64,000 nt of DNA from Amoebidium appalachense (GCA_963693365.1 CAVNZM010000004.1:12635945-12699944), one strand, 5' to 3'; shown: positions 9,968 through 27,320, counted from the first letter of the stretch. Numbers and translations: made by a program. Notes: generated by a model from the letters alone, not told the origin.

Positions 9968-10393
9968 CTACTCCGAGTCGCCGTCGTCGAGGATGGAATC
10001 TGTTTCTATATAGTTGTCCTTGTCGACGTGTTTGAGTGATTGCTTTGTGGCGAGGTCTTTGTCCGGTATGGCAGTCAGGAAGGATACCAGGTCGTTGGCC
10101 TTTTTCGTGTCCTTGAAGTACGTTTCGAGCTGACGGCGGAGATACTGTTCGCTTAGTTGTGGCTTTTTGATTGATTCTTGAAGAATCAGAAGGTCTTTCG
10201 TGGGAAGCTCGAGTGACCTGACATTTCCAGACGACATGTACTTCAGAATGGCCTTCTTTATAGTATTCATTTTCTTGGTAACAGGTTTTGTCTGTGCCGC
10301 GTGCTCCTTGATCTGTGCGTGGAGGGTTGCATAGTCACGCAAAACGCCCTTCAAGCTCTCTACATTGGAGATCTCGGTGTTTGGTTTTCCCAT
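9968..10393 (-). CDS. NCLDV small coiled-coil protein (DUF5760-like), 141 aa
   Basis: LKGVLRDYATLHAQIK...KKMNTIKKAILKYM...LELP..L.L....KKPQLSEQYL...L..YF....KA..LV..L resembles the DUF5760 family of giant viruses, recalled from memory. Confidence 0.6.
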   Translation of the reverse strand: MGKPNTEISNVESLKGVLRDYATLHAQIKEHAAQTKPVTKKMNTIKKAILKYMSSGNVRSLELPTKDLLILQESIKKPQLSEQYLRRQLETYFKDTKKANDLVSFLTAIPDKDLATKQSLKHVDKDNYIETDSILDDGDSE

Positions 10394-10516
10394 TTGCTAT
10401 TACACACACATAATATTTTGTGGTGTTTTCGGCGATGTCGTGGTGCCTACGTCATCGAGTCTTGGTTCTGCTTGCGTCATCGAGTCTTGTTCTGCTTGCG
10501 TCATCGACGATTATAA

Positions 10517-11827
10517 ATGACGATGTCATCGACCGCGAGCCCGACGTTTCGATCATTGGTTGGATTTGTCCGTGTGAACCCCAAGATGCGTTTTGCGACG
10601 ACCGGGGCGAGTTGTGTGCCGCTGTGCTTTTTCAACCATCCTGTCGAAGGAGCCTCCGTGTTCCTAGCCCGACCCCGTGCCTACAATCCATTTGGGGGTG
10701 TCGAGAGGTGGAGCCTTGAGACGGGCCCTGTTGGCTTCGCGAGCGCTGGTCTGGCGCGGTTTTGCGAGTTGACCACAGCGTACGTCGTGCTGGTAGTCGA
10801 TTATCCGACGTTTGTTGTGTGGGGCAAATGTACAATCTCGTTGGTTAATCGCCATCGCGCGGAACCTGGCGTTGGCCAATCAGCGTTGCTGCGCGCGTCA
10901 CCGGGCAGTGCAAACGCGGATAGGCGGGTTGGGGCCGCGTCGGGTGACATACTCGCGCTGGACGTCTTGCTGCCGTTCGATGTAACCGGTGCGCGTCTCG
11001 TGGGATACAGCGGTCGCCACGGGGTCGTGGTATTTTTGATCCACAGCAGCCCAGATCTGGGTGACTGGGCCTGTCCGCAGCTCCGGGGATATGGGACCGG
11101 TACTGCCGGGGCTGGGAAAGGACCCGGGTTGCCGCTTTGGTCGATGGACCGACATGTGGTCTCCGAGCATCCGTGTTCTGTGGGCGACTCGCTTGTTGTG
11201 TTGTGTCGGGGAGAGCGAGGATCGACGTTTGTTGTGTCGGTTGATTGGGTCACGGGTGCGCGGAACTGGAGTGTCTGTCTAGGTGGGTGGATGGGCGCGA
11301 TGGGGGTGTTGTCGGTGTCGAGTGTCGATATCCGTGTTCTGTACCACAATCATGCGCCAGGTGAGGACGGGACGCTCGCGGTGGTGGACGCGATCGGTCT
11401 GCGGGACGGCCGACTTCTTGGGGAATGCAGATTGGATATGCTGACGACCTGTAGACCTCATTGGTGCGGTGATGAAGTCGGGTGTGCATTCTGTTCAAAG
11501 GCACCCCTCGAGCCCACACATCGATACTTTGCCAAGCGTGCATTATGTACTTGTTGGGTGGATATGTACGAGAGGACGGTGTTGTACCGCGGGGGCGACC
11601 GATTGTATGTTGGTCGCCTGGGTTTCAGTAGAGGGGATAGCGATGTGCTGATATACGAAGTCGGCGCTGACGATGTGGTGCGTCTTGTCAGCCACCATCG
11701 CGTGTTTCTGGATGGTGTCGTGCACGCGCTGACCATGAGTGTCGCCAGTCGATTCGTTGTTTTGGGGGCACACGTGACCGCCGATGGAGGGAGTATCTTT
11801 CAGGTTTTTCGGTGGAAGATCGAGTGA
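10517..11827 (+). CDS. Hypothetical 436-aa beta-rich protein, possibly a beta-propeller
   Basis: Long ORF after TATAAATG. It has PQQ-repeat-like segments VVSVDWVTGARNWSV and VDAIGLRDGRLLGE and ends in FQVFRWKIE. Confidence 0.6.
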   Translation: MTMSSTASPTFRSLVGFVRVNPKMRFATTGASCVPLCFFNHPVEGASVFLARPRAYNPFGGVERWSLETGPVGFASAGLARFCELTTAYVVLVVDYPTFVVWGKCTISLVNRHRAEPGVGQSALLRASPGSANADRRVGAASGDILALDVLLPFDVTGARLVGYSGRHGVVVFLIHSSPDLGDWACPQLRGYGTGTAGAGKGPGLPLWSMDRHVVSEHPCSVGDSLVVLCRGERGSTFVVSVDWVTGARNWSVCLGGWMGAMGVLSVSSVDIRVLYHNHAPGEDGTLAVVDAIGLRDGRLLGECRLDMLTTCRPHWCGDEVGCAFCSKAPLEPTHRYFAKRALCTCWVDMYERTVLYRGGDRLYVGRLGFSRGDSDVLIYEVGADDVVRLVSHHRVFLDGVVHALTMSVASRFVVLGAHVTADGGSIFQVFRWKIE

Positions 11828-12131
11828 TGTGTGGGCTACTATTGCCCGGTGTACTAACGATTTGAAGCTACACAGCTGGCTATTTTTGCTTTCGTGCTCG
11901 CTTATTAGTATTCAATTTACACACCATGTTCTGTCATTTGGTTTAGGTGTTGGCACTAAGATATGTAATTGCACACCGACATGTGTCGACGGTTCATAGT
12001 CTTTGCTTCTGTTTGCCAGCACTGCCAAAGTTTGTATCCATCAAACATTATATATAAACTGTATCTGTATCTGTGTGTTGTTCCCCGTTCCGTGCATGCT
12101 CGATAATAGCAAGTAAAATAATGGGTTAGTC

Positions 12132-13112
12132 TCATATGACCACTGATTCGATGTATCCTCGGGTGGGTGCGGCGTCCCTTGCAGGGCAGCCATGTGTGTG
12201 TTGCGTTTGTGTTGTGGATTGTGCGTACGGGTCGAGCTTGCGTTCGTGGCCGACAAAGAAATTTGTCGTGAGAGTCGCGATTGTTCGGCTTGACGCGAGT
12301 GTCACTTGGTATGCCTTGAGGGATGCACATGCAAATGCTTTGTCGTCGAAGAAAGACTCGCATCTCGCCAGTGTTTTTGAGATTGTTGTCGAGCCGGATT
12401 TGACGGCCGTGACCGTTCCACAGTCGTGCAGTGGAAACGCAACATATGTGCCTTCAAAAGCACCCTTGACGGTCCAACAAGGGCTCTGTTTGTCTCCAGA
12501 GAAGTGGATCAGTCCTGAAGATATTGCCCCGTGAACTGTCCCGTCGTATGTCATCCACGGAGACGATCCGTGTGTGAATACGCGGCCGCCGTGTACATCC
12601 AGAAATGCAATTCTATGGATGTTTGGGTCCCTCGATGTGGCCGTTTTCTGTTGGGGTTCGTTATTTTCCTGGTAGAGTCTTTTGTAATTGGCGAGTTCGT
12701 GGTGAAGCCTAATGTTATCCTTTTCCGTCTCTTGTAATGAATTTATAAGCCTGTTCTGATTATTTAAGAGCTTGATCGCATTGCTTATTTGCGACATGAT
12801 ATTTTCCAATCCCTTCTCGGGTGGATCGTCTTTGGTTTTTTCTGTTGTGCCTGGTTGCAAATGAGCAGCCATCGTCGTGAAATGGTTCAAAATTCTGAGT
12901 GTCTGTGTGGAGGTTCTGTTAAACATGTTTATTATATTTTTAATGTCGTCTATTTTGTTTGGGTCGTCGACATCAGTGCCACCCCCAACTGTTCCCGATC
13001 CAGCGGTGTCGCTTTCTTTTGGCATTTTCGATAACAATCTGACGATGTCATCGTGTGTGGCGCTCAGTGAATTCCGAATTCCGCTTAGAATTTCTTCGTT
13101 GTCGGTTGACAT
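12132..13112 (-). CDS. Hypothetical 326-aa protein with a helical/coiled-coil N-half and a beta-rich C-half
   Basis: Intact ORF with heptad-like stretches (LENIMSQISNAIKLLNNQNRLINSLQ). It is more AT-rich than its neighbours. Confidence 0.7.
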   Translation of the reverse strand: MSTDNEEILSGIRNSLSATHDDIVRLLSKMPKESDTAGSGTVGGGTDVDDPNKIDDIKNIINMFNRTSTQTLRILNHFTTMAAHLQPGTTEKTKDDPPEKGLENIMSQISNAIKLLNNQNRLINSLQETEKDNIRLHHELANYKRLYQENNEPQQKTATSRDPNIHRIAFLDVHGGRVFTHGSSPWMTYDGTVHGAISSGLIHFSGDKQSPCWTVKGAFEGTYVAFPLHDCGTVTAVKSGSTTISKTLARCESFFDDKAFACASLKAYQVTLASSRTIATLTTNFFVGHERKLDPYAQSTTQTQHTHGCPARDAAPTRGYIESVVI

Positions 13113-13197
13113 TTCTGCTTATCATTGCTGTGAAAATATCGACACCGCCCGAGCGACAAATTATTGGTCTCGTAACAGACACGCCAATCGGCTAGTC

Positions 13198-14672
13198 TGG
13201 TGGGACGGAAACACGGGTTCTGTGTGGCGACCAATCGGAACGCGCGGTTGGGGCGTGGTCGTAGTGACGGGGCTGCGGTCAAGAGTAGGAGCATCATCGA
13301 AGACCCTGTCGTGTCGGACGCGCAATCTGATTGGTGGGACGGAAACACGGGTTCTGTGTGGCGACCAATCGGAACGCGCGGTTGGGGCGTGGTCGTAGTG
13401 ACGGGGCTGCGGTCAAGAGTAGGAGCATCATCGAAGACCCTGTCGTGTCGGACGCGCAATCTGATTGGTGGGACGGAAACACGGGTTCTGTGTGGCGACC
13501 AATCGGAACGCGCGGTTGGGGCGTGGTCGTAGTGACGGGGCTGCGGTCAAGAGTAGGAGCATCATCGAAGACCCTGTCGTGTCGGACGCGCAATCTGATT
13601 GGTGGGACGGAAACACGGGTTCTGTGTGGCGACCAATCGGAACGCGCGGTTGGGGCGTGGTCGTGGTGACGGGACTGCGGTCAAGAGTAGGAGCATCATC
13701 GAAGACCCTGTCGTGTCGGACGCGCAATCTGATTGGTGGGACGGAAACACGGGTTCTTGTGTGGCGACCAATCGGAACGCGCGGTTGGGGCGTGGTCGTG
13801 GTGACGGGACTGCGGTCAAGAGTAGGAGCATCATCGAAGACCCTGTCGTGTCGGACGCGCAATCTGATTGGTGGGACGGAAACACGGGTTCTTGTGTGGC
13901 GACCAATCGGAACGCGCGGTTGGGGCGTGGTCGTGGTGACGGGACTGCGGTCAAGAGTAGGAGCATCATCGAAGACCCTGTCGTGTCGGACGCGCAATCT
14001 GATTGGTGGGACGGAAACACGGGTTCTGTGTGGCGACCAATCGGAACGCGCGGTTGGGGCGTGGTCGTAGTGACGGGACTGCGGTCAAGAGTAGGAGCAT
14101 CATCGAAGACCCTGTCGTGTCGGACGCGCAATCTGATTGGTGGGACGGAAACACGGGTTCTGTGTGGCGACCAATCGGAACGCGCGGTTGGGGCGTGGTC
14201 GTGGTGACGGGACTGCGGTCAAGAGTAGGAGCATCATCGAAGACCCTGTCGTGTCGGACGCGCAATCTGATTGGTGGGACGGAAACACGGGTTCTGTGTG
14301 GCGACCAATCGGAACGCACGGTTGGGGCGTGGTCGTAGTGACGGGACTGCGGTCAAGAGTAGGAGCATCATCGAAGACCCTGTCGTGTCGGACGCGCAAT
14401 CTGATTGGTGGGACGGAAACACGGGTTCTGTGTGGCGACCAATCGGACAAGCGGTTGGGGCGTGGTCGTAGTGACGGGACTGCGGTCAAGAGTAGGAGCA
14501 TCATCGAAGACCCTGTCGTGTCGGACGCGCAATCTGATTGGTGGGACGGAAACACGGGTTCTGTGTGGCGACCAATCGGAACGCGCGGTTGGGGCGTGGT
14601 CGTAGTGACGGGACTGCGGTCAAGAGTAGGAGCATCATCGAAGACCCTGTCGTGTCGGACGCGCAATCTGAT
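13198..14672. repeat. Tandem array of 11 near-identical 134/135-bp units
   Basis: Unit tggtgggacggaaacacgggttctgtgtggcgaccaatcgg...gacgcgcaatctgat starts at ~13198, 13332, 13466, 13600, 13734, 13869, 14004, 14138, 14272, 14406 and 14540. Confidence 0.97.
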
Positions 14673-14908
14673 GTGTGATATTTCTGTTGTTGTTTTTTTT
14701 TTGTTATTTTATCCTCCTTCTGTGATTGGTGTACAACAATCTTAAACCGGGCGGTCCAATTAATGGATGTCTCTTGATACTTTGTTTTTGTCGCTACGTT
14801 GTGTGTCTCCTGGCTATAAGAAGTGTTGCGTGTGTGTCAGTATGCTCATCCTACAGTCGCAGCTTTCTCTTCACATCTACTCTAGCTCTCAACGAGGCTG
14901 TTTTCAAC

Positions 14909-16087
14909 ATGTCTAACCTTAGCTCTCGAGACTACGACTTGGGGGTTGATGGTGCTGCAATCGAGGCGGCCCTTGCCATTCCTAGGAATGTCAAAAACCT
15001 TGTGCGCGTTGCTGGGTTCGGATGTGTTGTCCGTGATCTGATGGCTACTTTTGCCGACTATACCCACGACGAGGGGCTCAAGGAAATCCTTTCTGCTATC
15101 AAGTGTATGTTACCTGAAGGGATACCGCAATACCCGAGGGGTTTCACTTCAGAAGACGAAGAGAGTCTGAGGACCGCCATCGTTTCTTACTGCAAGAGTA
15201 GCAACCGCAACGCCAAGATTGCTCGGAATGTCGAATCACGTGCCGGTGATCTCGCCCAGTCTATGGGTGCCGCCCCCATGGCCCCGCCTCAAGATGTCGC
15301 CCCCATCGCCCCGCCTCAAGATGTCGACACCGAGATGGCCGAGCAAGACCCAGATGATACTAAGGCGGGTGATCACAATTCGGCAAGGAGCTCCAGTAGT
15401 AGGTCTGATACCGAATCGTCGTCTTCGTCTTCATCTGATGACGATGACAACGATGACAACGATGACAACGATGACAACAAGGGGGCTATCTGTCTCAAAG
15501 AGTTCTACAGTCTTATGCAGAAGAATCGTGAGAGCCAGGACAACGTGGTTATCGATGTGCCAGCCTCGCGGTTTGCTATGTTCGATGAACTGGGCAATCC
15601 GATCTTTGTCGAGTCACGCCATCCAATCGCCGCCCCCCAAACCGCTCCGATCGATGTTTCCTCTGACGATGACACCACTCAAGATCGTCCGCCTGTCGCT
15701 CAGCCCGTCGTCTCTAATGGGATCAGTAAGACCACTGGCCGCAAGTTGGCGATTCCATCGGTGGGCAAGACCCCCCCCGGGACTGCCGAGGCACTTCGGA
15801 AGATCGCGAATGCCGGTGTTCAAAAGCACTCCAAGCCCAAGAAGTCTAAGCCCAAGAAGTCTGAGAAGTCTAAGTCGGCTCCCTCGCCCCAATCGCCCGC
15901 ACCCAACAACATTGCCGACTGTAATAACCCAGAGAGTAGAAAACGTGCATTTTCTGAATATATGGATACTTGCAAGAATATTTGTAAACTGGTAAAGAAG
16001 AATATATTGACAGAGGAGCAGGCTAAACAGGCTAAAATTGCGGCCTGGCAGAAGAGAATCGAAGACGAGTCAAAGCCTGATGAATAG
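14909..16087 (+). CDS. Hypothetical 392-aa largely disordered protein (S/D-rich tract, K-rich tail); last ORF of the viral block
   Basis: ATG in a TTCAACATG context, downstream of TATAAG at ~14815. It contains internal repeats APPQDV x2, (DDN)n and KSKPKK. Confidence 0.7.
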   Translation: MSNLSSRDYDLGVDGAAIEAALAIPRNVKNLVRVAGFGCVVRDLMATFADYTHDEGLKEILSAIKCMLPEGIPQYPRGFTSEDEESLRTAIVSYCKSSNRNAKIARNVESRAGDLAQSMGAAPMAPPQDVAPIAPPQDVDTEMAEQDPDDTKAGDHNSARSSSSRSDTESSSSSSSDDDDNDDNDDNDDNKGAICLKEFYSLMQKNRESQDNVVIDVPASRFAMFDELGNPIFVESRHPIAAPQTAPIDVSSDDDTTQDRPPVAQPVVSNGISKTTGRKLAIPSVGKTPPGTAEALRKIANAGVQKHSKPKKSKPKKSEKSKSAPSPQSPAPNNIADCNNPESRKRAFSEYMDTCKNICKLVKKNILTEEQAKQAKIAAWQKRIEDESKPDE

Positions 16088-16310
16088 GTTTTGTGTTGCT
16101 TTACGATGTGTTACACGGATGTAAATCATGTCATTAGTGTCGATGTATGCGTGTTCTTAGTCTTAACAGTAGATTCGGCTTCTATTAGTATGCATATGTG
16201 TTTCTGTGCTTGTTTCTTATGTCGACTTGGCTTGTCAATATATATATATATATGTAAAAAGTTTCATTGTGTTGTTACTCGATATGTTTGGTGAATATTA
16301 TTTAAATAAA

Positions 16311-16990
16311 CCCCCCCCCCCCCCCCGGCCCCCGGCCCCCCTGCCTCGCGTGTCACGTGCCCCCTGCCTCGCGTGCCCCCTGCCTCACGTGCCTCACGTG
16401 CCCCCCCTGCCTCACGTGCCTCACGTGCCTCACGTGCCCCCCCCTGCCTCACCTGCCTCACGTGCCTCACGTGCCTCACGTGCCTCACCTGCCTCACGTG
16501 CCCCCCCTGCCTCACCTGCCTCACCTGCCCCCCCTGCCTCACCTGCCCCCCCTGCCCCCCCCCCCTGCCTCACCTGCCCCCCCTGCCTCACCTGCCCCCC
16601 CCTGCCCCCCCCCCCCCCTGCCTCACCTGCCCCCCCCCTGCCTCACCTGCCCCCCCTGCCCCTGCCCGGGTCAAAACTTAGCTCGTGTAGACTTAGCTTT
16701 TTTCTCTCTCTCTCTTTTCTCTCTCTCTCTCTCTCGTGTAGACTTAGCTTTTTTCTCTCTCTCTCTCTTTTCTCTCTCTCTCTCTCGTGTAGACTTAGCT
16801 TTTTTCTCTCTCTCTCTCTCGTGTAGACTTAGCTTTTTTCTCTCTCTCTCTCTCGTGTGGACTTAGCTTTTTTTCTCTCTCTCTCTCTCTCGTGTGGACT
16901 TAGCTTTTTCTCTCCCTCACCCCACCCCGCGTGCCTCCCGTGCCTCCTGTGTCTCCTGTGCCTCCTGTGCCTCCTGTGCCTCCTGTGCAT
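16311..16990. repeat. Subterminal short-repeat blocks: (CCTGCCTCA[C/CGTG])n, then (TCTCGTGT[A/G]GACTTAGCTTTTTT(CT)n)n, then (GTGCCTCCT)n
   Basis: Directly visible as three successive blocks at ~16311-16665, 16676-16910 and 16930-16988. Confidence 0.9.
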
Positions 16991-17249
16991 TCCCCGTTCC
17001 CCGTTCCCCGGCCTGATCCTTAGTGTGATACTATGTCATCGCGTTTAAGAAATCTGTCTGTTGTCATTGGCCACTTACCCACTTAAAAGTGGGTAATGCT
17101 CTGTCGTTTGTTTTGTCTCCTTGTTTTTTCTTTTTTTTTGATTTTAAGTGGAAAAAGTGGGAAGTGGGAAATAGATTGATCGCGATCGGATCGGGGGTGG
17201 TTTGGTGTGGTGTGATCTCAAAGTTACCAGGCCACGTGACTAGTCCAAT

Positions 17250-17577
17250 ATTGGATTGGGCGATGGACTTGGTAAAGTTCGAATCGAATCGCGAAGGGCC
17301 GCCAGGCCCGGGGCCCGGAGCCCGGAGCCCGGAGCACGGCGCCCGGACCGGCCCGGTGCACGGGGGTCCGGGGGGACGGGGTCTGGGGGGACGGGGTCTG
17401 GGGGGACGGGGGGAGGGAGTATCTAGATACTCCCTCCCCCCGTCCCCCCAGACCCCGTCCCCCCGGACCCCCGTGCACCAGGCCGGTCCGGGCGCCGTGC
17501 TCCGGGCTCCGGGCTCCGGGCCTGGCAGCCCTTCGCGATTCGATTCGAACTTTACCAAGTCCATCGCCCAATCCAAT
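17250..17577. repeat. ~330-bp GC-rich spacer-less palindrome centred at 17424/17425 (GAGTATCT|AGATACTC)
   Basis: Left arm attggattgggcgatggacttggtaaagttcgaatcg... is mirrored by ...cgattcgaactttaccaagtccatcgcccaatccaat. The arms differ by two substitutions and by extra repeat units in the left arm. Confidence 0.97.
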
Positions 17578-17582
17578 TTTTT

Positions 17583-17783
17583 CTTTTGACTGGATTTATT
17601 CGACGGAAAGATATGCAAGTATGCACGGCATACTGAGAAGACAATAAAAACTTCACGAGTTATCCAGTAACAAGTGCATACTGAGATACCTGAACACTGT
17701 CTTTTGACTGGATTTATTCGACGGAAAGATATGCAAGTATGCACGGCATACTGAGAAGACAATAAAAACTTCACGAGTTATCC
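17583..17783. repeat. 83-bp direct repeat (period 118) abutting the palindrome
   Basis: cttttgactggatttattcgacggaaag...cttcacgagttatcc at 17583 and 17701. Confidence 0.92.
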
Positions 17784-19158
17784 GCAGTATCACTATCAGT
17801 GTATTGTTTCTTTTTGTTTGTGGTTTTTGACAAATAAACTATCCGGAAGTTTTGTAGCTGTAAGAAATTTATCAATTTCTATGTGGCCTCCCCGATCAAA
17901 AGGTAAATGAACCTTTTTTGTTTATCCTAGATGTACTGGCGCTGAGGGTAATGGGGTATTAATTATCATCACGTTGCCTTCATATCCCCTGGATCACTAA
18001 TCAATAAATCCCACCATGCCGGAAGTCCCCGCGCACCTGATTGGACAAAACACGATCCGATGACGTAAACTCAGGGGAGAACGATTCGATCCCCAAGCGA
18101 CATAAAGGGGCCGTCAGGCCCCCTCTAGCGGGGGGTTGGGGGGGCGGCAGCCCCCTCATTTAGGCCCCTGACACACATAGGGTTATGGTTATTGGGTTTA
18201 TGTTTTTTATTTTTGTAAATTATTATCAATTATTGTATTTTTTTAGCCGGTTATCATCCGATCTCCCTATACCTAGGGCTTCCTTCGTATAGACCTACCT
18301 CAATAAATCCCAGTCAAGAGAAAATTATCACACGATGATGTCATGCAAAAACCCCTTGGCTGTGTCTGAGAAGATCCCACTGCCGCGGCCGGCGCGGGCC
18401 CCGGTGACTACAGTGTTGTACGACTACGACTCGACTAGTCTAAGGTGATAGTAATGGCCAATGTACAATTGGCCATGACGGGCGAAGCCCTTCAGCGCGC
18501 ACGCGTGTAAGGCTTATTAGTCACGATGATCATTAGTAACGTTCACTGAGCCTGGATTTTGTAGCAGTGACCCGGATTCCGAACTACAACTAGAGTTTAA
18601 CATGCTGTGACTAAAAGTAGTCGACCTACTAATCGGAACCGTGACAACCCCGGTTCACCGGACGATAGGTCACCTTCCAAATATGGCATAACTTCCGCCC
18701 AAATTCCAAGAGAATGCGTGTAATTATTACCCGGTTGTATAGTTTTTCTAAGTCACAACCAATGCGTAAAGCATTGCTAAAGTGCTTAAAAAATGAACCT
18801 AAAGCAATATCAACATGTACATAATAGTTCATACGATAAATTTGTAGGCTTTTATTTGATTATATGGGGATATTAGTGCAACGTTGAAGACGACGAAACC
18901 GCGAAGGGCGCAATGTCGTTACCCACCTTTCAAAAAATGTTATTGGGCTAGAGAAAAAGCGCGTAGATAGTCCAATCAGCGTCTTGTGGAGCCGCACGCC
19001 AAATAACCGTTTGCATGCGGTACTGTAGGTGCGACCGTAACAGTGAGGGGCAAAAAAAAAACACGTCTAGGTCATATTATCGATATCGTTGTTAACGATC
19101 AGCAGATGCTACTGGCACGCAACTAGGCTATTTCGAGCTCACACTGGTGGTGTCAATA

Positions 19159-25852
<6,694 letters not shown>

Positions 25853-26134
25853 GCACCCAGACATGCACACATGCGCATATATATATGCAAGCACGCACGC
25901 ACACATAAAGATGCACATGCAGGCACACACACACACACACACGGCACACACACACACACACTCACGGGCATGCTAACAGACTGCCGCAGGGTAATATGCT
26001 AAAAGCCTAGTGACACATAAATCACATGATGTGCGCGCCGCACGTGGCACACTTTCCCGATCCCTTTTTCCTTTTCATCAGTATTCCCCGTATCCCCTCT
26101 CCTCCCCTCCCTACTCCCCCCCTCTTGCTCTATC

Positions 26135-26166
<32 letters not shown>

Positions 26167-26485
26167 TTAATGTCTCCGGCGCAAACTGTTCGCTGCATGC
26201 ATGTATGCATTGCCATCAACTTGACCAGAATGCCTGTCGAAACGATGGCAGTTAAGCTTAAGAAGGAAAAAAGTTTGTGATGGTGGTGGTGGTCGTGGTT
26301 GTGGTGGTGGGGGGGGGGTGGTGGTGGGGGGGGGGGGGGGGGGGGGGGGGAAGGGGGGAATAAACAGGGAGGGGGGGACCTATGGAGGGGACCATAGGTC
26401 CCCCCCCCCCCCCCCCCCTACTTCTCCCCTCCCCTCGGGGCCCACACTGGCAGGTAGCATATGCACATTATACATGGTGGAAAGA

Positions 26486-27320
26486 AGGGAATTGTGTTCG
26501 ACCTACGAAGGTGTGTTTTTGCCGTGGGGCCCTGATACTCTAGGAGCACAATCCCCATCCCCCCTCACTACTTTGTGGGCAATATCTCGTGCTATAAGCT
26601 GTTATGTGGGTATTTATGGAAAAGAACAATAACGTAAAGGTAGGATATACACACACAGTGTGGATTCCGAAAACCTACAAAGGTGAGTTTTGGCCGTGGG
26701 ACCCTGATACTCTAGGGGCACAATCCCCAGCCCCCCTCACTACTTTGTGGGTAATATTTCGTGCTATAAGCTGTTATGTGGGTATTTATAGAAAAAAACA
26801 ATAACGTAAAGGTAACATCATAGTATATGCACACATACATTGGATTCCGAAAATGGAATTGTGTTCGACCTACAAAGGTGTGTTTTTGCCGTGGGACCCT
26901 GATACTCTAGGGGCACAATACCCATTCCTTCTCACTACTTTGTGGGTAGTATCTCGTGCCATAAGCTGTTATGTGGATATTTACAGGAAAAAAAATAATA
27001 ACGTAAGGATACTACTGTGATAACATGCACATACATAGTGGAAAGAAGGGAATTGTGTTCGACCTACAAAGGTGTGTTTTTGCCGTGGGACCCTGATACT
27101 CTAAGAGCACAATCATAATCCCCCCTCACTACTTTGTGGGCAATATCTCGTGCCATAAGCTGTTATGTAGGTATTTATAGAAAAAAACAATAACGTAAAG
27201 GTATTACTGTGATATTAATATATATGCACATACGTACTGAGTGGCAAAAGGGGAATTGTGTTCGACCTACAAAGGTGTGTTTTTGCCGTTTGACCCTGAT
27301 ACTTTAGGGACACAATCCCC
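26486..27320. repeat. Diverged tandem repeat, ~170-200-bp unit, about 4.5 copies
   Basis: ggaattgtgttcgacctac[a/g]aaggtgtgtttttgccgtgggaccctgatactctagg...ataagctgttatgtgggtattta...ataacgtaaagg at ~26488, 26673, 26855, 27048 and 27251. Confidence 0.92.

Larger units (their letters stand above)
1..17577. mobile_element. Right-hand part of a giant endogenous viral element (Nucleocytoviricota-like), continuing beyond the left window edge
   Basis: Densely packed intronless ORFs on both strands, including YqaJ, KilA-N/T5orf172, DUF5760-like, Fic and AAA genes. The poly-C/(CA)n intron texture of the rest of the window is absent. The block ends in tandem repeats and a long palindrome. No capsid, PolB or packaging ATPase gene lies in the window, so the lineage is not fixed. 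Confidence 0.8.

Noticed and set aside
13198-14672. CRISPR array, or coding ORFs within the 134-bp array
   Set aside because: The units are contiguous near-identical repeats with no unique spacers and no cas genes. The ORFs are frame-cycling products of a unit length not divisible by 3.
17064-17774. ORFs on both strands sharing LDWAMDLVKFESNREG
   Set aside because: A by-product of the palindrome, with no independent coding evidence.
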